Shown here: positions 47,801 through 55,257 of the stretch, piece by piece
Layout of the letters: every line of letters begins with the position of its first letter
Numbering within the stretch: the stretch's first letter is position 1
From: Trypanosoma brucei
Taxonomy: Eukaryota
Direction: 5' to 3'
NCBI GenBank assembly: GCA_000002445.1
Contig: CH464491.1
Span: 1,568,001-1,632,000, forward strand
DNA: 64,000 nt
Translations under genes and position numbers: made by a program
The notes under the pieces: generated by a model
Told to the model about the DNA's origin: nothing
Database searches by the model: none
What the model saw: only the letters and a program-made list of their open reading frames with translations

Positions 47801-47948
47801 ATCCGTTGTTGATACCTCTAGTCTTGAGTGGCGGGAGGGCTTCAAGGGGTTGCTGAAGGATGAGGTTTGCTGCATGCTACTCCCGTTTCCTATGGAAGTC
47901 GTGTGGTTGAATCCTGTCGTGACAGCCTTCTACTCCCGTAGGACCTAA
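41856..47948 (+). CDS. Giant hypothetical protein (2030 aa), Cys-rich, no recognised domain
   Basis: ATG at 41856 (MFESLYELF). 6.1 kb uninterrupted ORF on the array strand. Many Cys residues scattered throughout, no transmembrane stretch noticed, no catalytic motif recognised. Antisense ORFs across it are short. Confidence 0.6.
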   Translation: MFESLYELFSTSPGRTPSNVVCNNEMPPALIVVMLKADEQRSHTSQSEGEGRRLLNGLMAAYPSSNYMFVIDAAESTSEVFAAVTGEYNLLRELSPKFCYVVFAALRDPEVVVPCTSVFNPAWVGELRRMLDGLRNPRHMVAELLLRKELCMQLEGLLRFTAECRWIGDESLSAKLSRLVDSRVTDLSSSKNYSMPSCGGLQVSCISMLKEDEEAGSPPLVLQTGIRIRGVVPDLTRSLRLSDCNEQEYSPPLLLVVLHAGESIRENIVDGSVGRDSSVQELDCLLQQLSSSDEVFVSLGGYVVVPLCSAAAARKQWLDTKEVLTRRVTYDGADSHALIREMLTQALLPLRKWHRKHHTPAEDEKSSSPRSRVAILFYTPQEPCSVHQCVHSIVREQLAFLQVPLFCITTPVGVDTAYKLLDISSTSGERCICTLEASCTANVNHDSECGGKGQACYGVLGSSTGERVAQAALTAIRSVTHLGVSVTVHSIDNSKEDTRFEVGDLRQGLDTTVLISRPVQNPDRGASAKHQLTILAYSVDKSRYDIVRFMPSETVKEVPSSEHSWWSQLQIAGRLLKSMPSKAPPSVSQLGNTLMQHSEEVPSLGGLAEQQHKLVEWLLSNYGTQELEGTPYTLVIGWCPSPYMGNGSTEEEDGWPTSSGYLSASPCIADPLVELRWTNFPFCDGAPVTTISAIISRTFPFEALVESTASNSLALETLRNDSAEIRLASMKHIPELREARARIVAFLSVDTSTGAMSLQQLVPAKTEDDVKGGMLHTFRSLRLHQMYCVVHLALRCSLDSSFFMQNDVIIADGITFITPRASVHDVRVTTVTHCRADVEWKGTATSVRIECKPMKWISTQKNSERSPGGISDVTDSEVVGADGATTIVEYSCDGFQAAVAGLQPFTLYHLRVTPIGDSTHGAMIREKLEEGEAYFATCVDAGVIDTLSVESIVPDSETLKLTVAHPVLCKTAAISRTRSLVLTITPTMSMSNSLDKEKPLQMRRRKFSEGESVVTTFTLQKVERVQVCIEFNMKLCFGHVYLEETSSTCSHTCGSDDNDAQYIDDSGQVRGVCVWFARGVSPWTKEVALCGNSSPRSLSAPPMCSSPTQLLDGYRISRSDTPFAEMRSDFKASNDLKEHSTEENVVVTEGKEGCGEMEWSESSIVSVSHEKRLSKYVVDDSDPSTTGEATRSLYCVFSKDPTFRGVRFLTDMSSQVLLASFAVGGNSSGYISAVIMPLNVSVDNLDGDNTSLKVSYAHVDRERPVTVKLVQHLEQRYQRVGRKTMHLYAVTDVCCRSREEVLGVNGVKTKKMLLSWTCGAQQEGSSLFVLIGSKRYKPKPNNTLLIDCNDTLVAAPVCFCGSNIIKETCSIYLVPPPPPLSSQYCTVRAVKDEALHIFITEKYCVLLYRCLACVSDLIMVLLHVGGDNATELPCSQQKLSGGETGVHLQVPLDAVDPEKNTVELCVEVRVRNSACCIGDNPLVSDWRDRTGFGGSGSSSSLISTNILKGRRQQPILLIPWSTSESFDVPVASSTLIKNLQVTELHSTRAKLSWTTVPYKETADEKLGVFLTVQCAAAEGHVKKYKEYVVCSARSFLLRGLLPATPYHVELSLDGGCPPGRVVFVTPQDMEDNVLRKLIPSITAVWASRRGRNWQHVMRAACGGTDDAEQQRFVRLQLDIPNVESKHWTVSPSSAQIIKEEISGCGTLRLAVTAKVQVLLVAKSGKLLQMWSTVSGTQSQTVSFAFPICGGNPAASWPHIELRMDSFAQFSPAATEDETGDEVSPSVDQDSWSFSEKDKISDLRAGHLVSRKHLGDRTNCPFANSHVTVHLVGCPQLIKVDENCCVVEWSGSCSGYAIHWRVGPSGVVNTEHIEAERKQKPSITVDVSALDTVVLLFSLHGADCASNCVLFAVLVPPKVSKQIGCCCETTRGLSVPTSPRCSNKGLIKVDYTRGGQPGSTLTDGESLGQNGVSGVSSGLCCTASVVDTSSLEWREGFKGLLKDEVCCMLLPFPMEVVWLNPVVTAFYSRRT

Positions 47949-48420
47949 TCTGTTGAGCATTTCTCCGTATCTTAACCAACGTGCAAGCAGGAACGACATT
48001 CTTAGACGCGTGAAAACTGACCTGATTTATTTTTCCCGTTTCTATTTCTTGTAGGGGTGGTGGAGGGCATCGTTGCACGTCACACATTATTTCACGTGTG
48101 TGGGCAATGTAACTTTGTTCCTCCGCATAGCTTATGTTTTGCTCAATGACCTAATTACGTACGTTTCCTCATTTGCACCTTTCCAACATTATTTTCTTAC
48201 GCGTTGTTATTTTTGCCGTTTCCACTGACTTCTCGGGTCTTGTGGAATTATTTTATTGATTTTGTTCGGGTTTGGGGGACATCTTTTGTGAATGTTCATG
48301 ATCCAAAGGTGCCTAACACATTTCCTATTCACTCTCCTCTATTTTTAGGGATGTTCTAACACCCCTTCCACACCAATGCGCATAGGAAACATATTTGTGT
48401 ACGTATAATTAGTCGCGACT

Positions 48421-48506
48421 CTTTTTTTTTTTTTACTTGTCTCATTTTCCCTGTTCGCTAGCTCTCACCGCTTAGTTTCGTTGTCATCTCTTTTCCTTCG
48501 CTATAT
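48421..48506 (+). promoter_or_regulatory. Polypyrimidine tract; candidate SL-acceptor region upstream of mtRNAP
   Basis: cttttttttttttttacttgtctcattttccctgttcgct...ttgtcatctcttttccttcgc, with AGs at ~48459, ~48473 and ~48524. Which AG is used determines which ATG (48513/48597/48642) starts the protein. Confidence 0.45.
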
Positions 48507-48512
48507 TTGTGT

Positions 48513-51500
48513 ATGTGTATGACAGTTGTGCATGACGATCCTATTACTTGTTGCCATCTTTACTCCGCTTCCACCCCTGTTCCTTTTATTGCTTCAATGG
48601 CTAATGCTAAAGAATTAAATTTTGTTTGGCACCGCCAGGTAATGCGGCGGTTGAGTCTGGCACCGATAAAGTGGTCGGCCATTGCGCAGCGGTGGGGCAC
48701 ACGTGGCACTGACGTTCCTAGCCGTGCCAAAGGAGCAATAAAATCCCCAAAGTCGAGGAAGTCACGCCTTCCGTACGTGGAGGTGGGGGAGCGGACCGAT
48801 CGAATGAAGGAGTTCGTAAGCAGTGGTACGGATGACAACAGTGGTGATAGTGACAACAACCATAACAGCGTTAAGAGTATAAACAATACCGACTGCAGGA
48901 ACAAGGGCACAGATGGCGGTGGAGAAATTGATATGGACACCGTAGCAGGAACTGACGCCTTCACGCCAACTGTAGATATGGAAGAAGGCTATGGAGCTCC
49001 TGTTATGGCAACAACGGGCAGCACATCCAGTGAGAGTGTGCTCTCTGTTATTGATGTGTTGTGCGACGACCTCTTCTCCTGCAAAACTGACGTGCTGAAA
49101 TCATTCGCACGTACACGCTCGGTATCTGGATCAACAAAGTCAGAACTCGTCATGAATCTTATTGACCTCGCTAATCGTGAGGCTCACGGAGAAAGTCAGG
49201 ATCTCAGTATCACGAAACGAGTGCTAGGGGATGTCTTCAACGAAGAAGTGCGTGTGAGTGGCGTGCGCTCGCAATGGACCAACAAATCACTTGAGGCCTC
49301 CCATATTGAGATGGCGTGTGATAACCATCTGAAGTTTGAAGCAATGAGTTACACACAAAAGACACTTATGGTGCGTCGAAACGCCTCAGAATCATCGCGG
49401 GTTCTACGTAAGCTCATACGTCCCTTTCAGCAGGACTACAACCGAGTAGCCGAAGCGGCTGTGGGCGGGGTTTTTCGTAACTTCAAGGCGGAAGCTGATC
49501 AGTTGGTTAACTCTATGATGGCGTCGGAAATAGTCACTCCTTTCTCCTCTTTCCTTGTCTCCTACGTGCGTTTTGCGACGTCAGGGAACCTGCTGACGCG
49601 GACAAACGTGATTGAGCGTTTGGAGCAACTGGAACTTGTGCAGATCGCAATGGATGAGGACAGTGACGCGGTACTACAGCGCCTTATGGCCCTTCTTGAT
49701 GACGTTGTAGCGGAGGTGGAGCGGCGGGCACTTTGCTTCGGCGGAAAGCGCACATCATGGGGAACAGAAACACCTGAAGTGCTGCGTTGTTCCATCCAAG
49801 CCTTTAGTGACAGCACCGCTCAGCAGCATGAAGATCTCGGTGAGCGTGTCCCAGCGTGGGTGCACGATTTGGTCCGAATGTTCAATAACTGGGAAGCCAT
49901 TGTACGAACGGATATCCCTGTCCTGGAGGACGTACCGCGTTACGTGTTTGATTGCATCCTCAGCGGGGTAGTTTGCTATCACTTGCTTCAGAAGATATAC
50001 GGTGATATTATTTCTCCCACCGATGTTCCGCCCACAGTACGGGGGGCGGTGAAGCGCGCCATGGAGGCGCATTTCAAAGATGAGGAAAAAGCTGGTCACG
50101 CACTAGCAAAATTATTTGCTTATGTGCAGGCACCCGGTGACTCCGGTGTTGTAAAAGCGGAGTTCTTTCCCGCAGTTCTTTCCCAAATGCAGGGTGCCTT
50201 TCATGATGTTGGGCAAAGCACACTTCACAATGTCCGCACGGCAATTGTATTGCGGGAAATATGTGCTACGGTATCCCGGTGCACCCGCACTTGCGGACTT
50301 TTTCACATGCTGGTTAAACTCACAGAGGACTTGAGGTTTCAGTTCCGTTTCAGCACAATATTTAAGAAGCTTAACGGAAGAGATCGCACGACAATTCGTA
50401 CCAAATATAGTATTAACATGGTGAAGACGTTAGAGTATTTTGAGCAAGAGTACGCCGTGACGCCTACCTCCACGAAGGCAGTTGGATTTATTGTTATATT
50501 ACTGTTGCACATGTCCATGTGTAGTGGAGCTGCTTCAGGACACGGTACCAAAGCTGTGCTCGAACGCTATATTAGTGTCACCAACAAGGAGGAGTTTAGC
50601 ATAATTTCAATCTCGGACCTGGAGGCGACGCATGTCCGAGACTTGCGCGTTGCCTTCCCTCCGCAGCTTTCCTATAACTCATGGCTTCACCAGTCGGATA
50701 CGAAGGATAAATCCGTTTATAACGTGCTTCCTTCAGTTGCGGTGAAAGGGTCAACAAATCAAGCTATGATTATCTCACAGGCGCCGATGATGAAGGCTTT
50801 AGATGCGATATCACGTGTGCCCTGGCGAATTAGCAAATATATGCTCCACGTGCAGGAAGCCATTGTTCGTGAAGGCTACGGTTTTGGAAAGATACGACCA
50901 GCATTTTATCCATTGCATTACTGTGCGAAGAGCCGTGGTGACATTTCCTATGAATCAACAGGGATGGATGACGACGACGATAAAACTGAGGTGTACAACC
51001 TTCAGCAACGTCGTGAGTACGAACTTCAGCAAGATGAAGACTGGAAAAACCTTTCAGAGTTGCGCAGTAACCGCATTCACTATCTCCAAGCCCTTCGTCA
51101 AGCGCGCTCGCTAGTTCAGTTTTCGCACATTTACTTTCCCAACAGTATGGACTTTCGTGGTCGTATGTACCCACTTCCCGGTCGGTTGAACCACACGGGT
51201 TCCGACCCATTCCGTGCGTTGCTTGAGTATGCGGAACCGAAACCTCTGGGGAAGGAGGGTCTCTACTGGTTGAAGGTCCACTTAGCCAACAAGATGGGAA
51301 TGAGCAAGCTGTCATTTGATGAACGTGTACATTATGTCAACGAGCATATCGATGATGTTGTGTGCAGCGCTGAGCAACCATTGTACGGTGATAAATGGTG
51401 GCAAGAGGCGGCGGAACCCATGCAGTGCCTAATGGCATGCAAAGAGCTGGCTGATGCACTTAAATGCTCGCAGGGGCCGGAGAACTTTTTATCGCGTATT

Positions 51501-52466
51501 CCTGTCGCCGTTGACGGTAGTTATAACGGTCTGCAGCATTATTCGGCCATTGGTCGGGATGCATTTGGTGCAACGCTGGTAAACTTGGTTCCAAGCGAGC
51601 GGCCGGCCGATGCGTACACAGGTATCTTAAAAGAGATGATGTCTTCAATCAAAGCAGATGCGGAACGCGACCATCCAGTGGCTCAGCGGTGTCTTGGGAC
51701 AGGTAAAGGGCAAGACCGTGATCATATCAAACGCAAAACGATTAAGCGACCCATTATGACTCAAGTGTATGGCGTAACAGGATACGGCATGTCTGAGCAG
51801 ATACTGGATGAGTTGGTAAAACAGAATAAAAACCACGGGCTTTGGACGTCGACTGACATGCGGGAGATGGCGGATTATCTCCGCGAGAAGGTGCTGGAAT
51901 CACTTGGTATTACGTTTCGCGAGACGCAAAACTGCCGACGCTGGATTACCGACGTGACGAATATAATTTGGGAAGTGCAACCCGCTGAGCTTCGTACCGC
52001 CCTCTGCTGGACGACACCTCTCGGACTTGTCGTGCGGCAACCATATAAGATGCGCAAGGAGATGATGATATTTACAGTACATGGTTGCGCACGTGTGCCT
52101 GCCAACGCATTTTCAGCAGCTAGCCGAAAACAGCTTACAGCTATCGCACCCAACCTTATTCACTCACTAGATGCCTCCCACCTCGCCATGACGGCAATAG
52201 AAATGCAAAACCTTGGTCTTTCTATGATGGCGGTGCATGACAGTTATTGGACGTACGCCTGTGACCTTCCAACTTTGAGCCGAGTACTTAGAGAACAGTT
52301 TGTTACCCTTTACGGTAAGTACGATCCACTGTGGGAGCTAAAGGAGCAATGGGAAGAAGCGTACTTCATGGACCTCCGTCGCCACGGTAAGGTCCTTCCG
52401 GATCCTCCGAAACGCGGGGATTTGGATCTTAACGTTGTCCTAAACTCCCCATATTTTTTCTCTTAG
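48513..52466 (+). CDS. mtRNAP: Mitochondrial single-subunit (T7 phage-like) DNA-directed RNA polymerase
   Basis: Palm-domain motifs of T7-like RNAPs in the C-terminal half. Motif A AVDGSYNGLQHYSAIGRD (T7: DGSCSGIQHFSA). Motif B KRKTIKRPIMTQVYGVTGYG (T7: RSVTKRSVMTLAYGSKEFG). Motif C AVHDSYWT (T7: HDSFGT). Track start 48507 is TTG; candidate ATGs at 48513, 48519, 48597 (MANAKELNF) and 48642 (MRRLSLAPIKW, presequence-like). About 430 aa N-terminal extension precedes the conserved core. Confidence 0.9.
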   Translation: MCMTVVHDDPITCCHLYSASTPVPFIASMANAKELNFVWHRQVMRRLSLAPIKWSAIAQRWGTRGTDVPSRAKGAIKSPKSRKSRLPYVEVGERTDRMKEFVSSGTDDNSGDSDNNHNSVKSINNTDCRNKGTDGGGEIDMDTVAGTDAFTPTVDMEEGYGAPVMATTGSTSSESVLSVIDVLCDDLFSCKTDVLKSFARTRSVSGSTKSELVMNLIDLANREAHGESQDLSITKRVLGDVFNEEVRVSGVRSQWTNKSLEASHIEMACDNHLKFEAMSYTQKTLMVRRNASESSRVLRKLIRPFQQDYNRVAEAAVGGVFRNFKAEADQLVNSMMASEIVTPFSSFLVSYVRFATSGNLLTRTNVIERLEQLELVQIAMDEDSDAVLQRLMALLDDVVAEVERRALCFGGKRTSWGTETPEVLRCSIQAFSDSTAQQHEDLGERVPAWVHDLVRMFNNWEAIVRTDIPVLEDVPRYVFDCILSGVVCYHLLQKIYGDIISPTDVPPTVRGAVKRAMEAHFKDEEKAGHALAKLFAYVQAPGDSGVVKAEFFPAVLSQMQGAFHDVGQSTLHNVRTAIVLREICATVSRCTRTCGLFHMLVKLTEDLRFQFRFSTIFKKLNGRDRTTIRTKYSINMVKTLEYFEQEYAVTPTSTKAVGFIVILLLHMSMCSGAASGHGTKAVLERYISVTNKEEFSIISISDLEATHVRDLRVAFPPQLSYNSWLHQSDTKDKSVYNVLPSVAVKGSTNQAMIISQAPMMKALDAISRVPWRISKYMLHVQEAIVREGYGFGKIRPAFYPLHYCAKSRGDISYESTGMDDDDDKTEVYNLQQRREYELQQDEDWKNLSELRSNRIHYLQALRQARSLVQFSHIYFPNSMDFRGRMYPLPGRLNHTGSDPFRALLEYAEPKPLGKEGLYWLKVHLANKMGMSKLSFDERVHYVNEHIDDVVCSAEQPLYGDKWWQEAAEPMQCLMACKELADALKCSQGPENFLSRIPVAVDGSYNGLQHYSAIGRDAFGATLVNLVPSERPADAYTGILKEMMSSIKADAERDHPVAQRCLGTGKGQDRDHIKRKTIKRPIMTQVYGVTGYGMSEQILDELVKQNKNHGLWTSTDMREMADYLREKVLESLGITFRETQNCRRWITDVTNIIWEVQPAELRTALCWTTPLGLVVRQPYKMRKEMMIFTVHGCARVPANAFSAASRKQLTAIAPNLIHSLDASHLAMTAIEMQNLGLSMMAVHDSYWTYACDLPTLSRVLREQFVTLYGKYDPLWELKEQWEEAYFMDLRRHGKVLPDPPKRGDLDLNVVLNSPYFFS

Positions 52467-53156
52467 TGACGGCTGAATGATAGCACATGCAGTGAGCATC
52501 TACCATACGTGCTTCCAAATCTCATCATGCTTCCCTTTTATTCGTGTGTTTCAGATGTGACCCTTTCGTGTGGCAAATAATGCCCCTTTCCCCCTTTTCT
52601 CACCTTATCTTTCAACTTCGATATTAGAAACTCGCAGATTACAAAGTGTGTCACCAGGACCCTGCGAAGCGCTCCTCAGCCCTTCTGGATGTGCATATAA
52701 TGAGGCAATGCCGGCATTTACTATGATTATCGTGGGATGTCGATGAAGGCTTTTCCCTGTCGATGGTAAAAATATGCAATAACAAAGTGGGAGTGCGATA
52801 CTGCTTAAAACAGATGTTGTATTCACGCGTACGCCGTTGGCACTTCATGATATGTTTCAAATGCTGCTGATTCACGTTAACTCGCATTGATTTAATTCTT
52901 CCCTTTTCTTTTTTAGGGGAGTTGTACAGCTAATAAATTACGTCTGTTTGTACAGTAGCGTAGCTGTATGACCCGCCTTCGTGCTATGTTGTGCTCTTGT
53001 GTATATATGTTTTTGTTTTTGGTATTTTTGGTGTTTGTTCGTTGGTGTGTTTGCCACAGAAGCACAAGGTTGCATTTGTTTCCACAATCCAATTTACTCT
53101 ACATTTCCGGCCCTTAACTCTGCGCCTCTAGTGTAAAGGGGTCGACAGACGTTGCG

Positions 53157-53978
53157 ATGGACTACCGTGGAAAGCACGTCGCGTCGGTGAATTATGACAA
53201 CTTCTTGCAAGAGGCACCGCGGTTTAACCCCCGCGAGAAACTGAAGCGTTCGGGCAGCCCACTCTTCTATTCACGGAGCTTCAGGGAGCATATTCCGACA
53301 TTCCCAACAGTCGCAGGGGCTTTTCGCCCGTCTTCAGCGATAACGTGGGTGAAGGGGAAAAATGAATTTGACAGACAGCTGCAGTCGCACCGCCGTTACC
53401 ATTCCCTATTAGAGAATAGGAGGAACGTCGATAAACTGCGCCACGTTCTTTCCACAAAGGCAGCAACTCTTAGCTCTAAGGAAGCTCAGGAAGCACATGA
53501 AAGTACCGTCGCGTTACTATCGACAAGAAGCAACTCGGTTGTTACAACGCTTGGTCCATTGTCATCTTGCAACACCACATTTAACAGCGACACTTCCACA
53601 TTCTCAACACCGCAACGCCTAAAGTCTGTGGACAGCATAGTGGCGGATCTCACAATTATCCGTGAAGCGGCGGAGTGTCAGTCTTCCTCCCGCCAACTTC
53701 GGTCGAACACCAACGGTTCCCTTTGCAGTGAAGGCTGTACGGGTTTAACTCACCTACCCACGTTTTGCGTCCGCCACGGGTGTTTGTTCGTAAATAGTCG
53801 CGCTAATCGGCGAACGGAACAAACGTTTGTCGACCGTTTCACTTCCTCTGAACTACCGGCAGAAATCCCAATGGGCCACGATAATTCCTTCACGCAAATG
53901 ATGGGAAACAAATGTGGCAGTCGCCATATCGATGAAAGACTTCTTACCCTTCTGCGTGCGAGAGACGTGAGCGCCTGA
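53157..53978 (+). CDS. Hypothetical protein (273 aa), Ser/Thr-rich
   Basis: ATG at 53157 (MDYRGKHV) in a continuous + strand ORF within the array. No recognisable motif. Moderate length, so coding status is less certain. Confidence 0.4.
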   Translation: MDYRGKHVASVNYDNFLQEAPRFNPREKLKRSGSPLFYSRSFREHIPTFPTVAGAFRPSSAITWVKGKNEFDRQLQSHRRYHSLLENRRNVDKLRHVLSTKAATLSSKEAQEAHESTVALLSTRSNSVVTTLGPLSSCNTTFNSDTSTFSTPQRLKSVDSIVADLTIIREAAECQSSSRQLRSNTNGSLCSEGCTGLTHLPTFCVRHGCLFVNSRANRRTEQTFVDRFTSSELPAEIPMGHDNSFTQMMGNKCGSRHIDERLLTLLRARDVSA

Positions 53979-55257
53979 AGGAATTTAAAAACAAAAAAGG
54001 GAGGAAAGGAGGCGACAGCTTGACCAACTCAGTAGGGTTCCTTCTGGTTTCACCTGGGTTGAGACGAGGGAAGTTCCGCATGGCACACTGCAATGAAGAT
54101 AACCACAATAAGAATTAAAAATGTAGGGGAGATCCAGGCACATGTATACATATATGTTGTTTTAGCCCCCTCCTTCTCTCTCTTTCTCTATGCATCTCCG
54201 TATATTTATTAATTTATGTATGTATTCGTATCCTTTTATGTAACCGACCGCAAATACGAGGTCAGGTCTTCCGTTTCATCAGCAATTGGAGTGAATGAAG
54301 TTAAAGGGTCATTTGTGGGAAATATGCGTTGTTGTGCTCCTTTTTTTCAAAAAAAAACCCTCTTCTTCCCTTCCATTTCTGGTTGTTACGGTTATTCTTT
54401 TCGCTTTTCTCACCTTGCACAATCAGACCGTGAAGTGGTAGTCACTTCGTCGCAAAAGGGTGTGAAAGGTTCTCAACACTTATGCACGAGTAGGGTCGAT
54501 GTATTCTTCCATAGTTGTAACTAATACTGTCCATTTCCCCCTCGTTTCTTCCTTCCCTTTTCCGTTCTTTTTTTTTTTCTTGACCATTTTCGGTTTTTTA
54601 CAGGTCTTGTCTTTTTATTTCATGGTTGTGAGTTGCTGATTAAAAAAGAAAATTGAGAGGATGGAGGTCAGATAACAAGAACAACACACCTGGAAAAGAA
54701 ACGGCGCCAGGGCGGCGTTGTGCGATATGTGAGTAAGCATTGTGGGGAAAGGGGAGTAAATATTGTTTTAAAAAGTTCAGAGGAGCAGCAAACTTTTTTT
54801 TTTTCGTAACTGGCAATACAGCAAAAGGAATCATGTCCCGCTGCGCATGCTGCACCCTGCGCGCACGGTGGGATCTCATAACGAGCAGCAATCAAAAGAA
54901 GAGATGGGAGTATTGAATTGATCAGGGAGATGTAAGAAATGGACGAGGAATTTGCAGGAAAATTTTCTCTCATTAGCCTCACAATTATTTCAATATCTAG
55001 TTTGCTCCTTCACCCCCCCCCCACTGTTTTTCAGGTTTCGGTTTCAACTAGGACAGTACCTTTTCAGCTGCTGTGCTTCGTTTCCCACCGCCACCTCCTC
55101 TCATTGTCGTAACTGCTTCCCTCTGCAATGTTGTTCTCCTCTTGACGGCACGTATTTGTTGCATTATGTTTTTTTTTGTTTAGGCTTGCGGGTTGGATTG
55201 GTGTCTTGTGGCATCACACTGCGGCCATCTACAGGAAAAGTAGTGAAATAACGGGAT

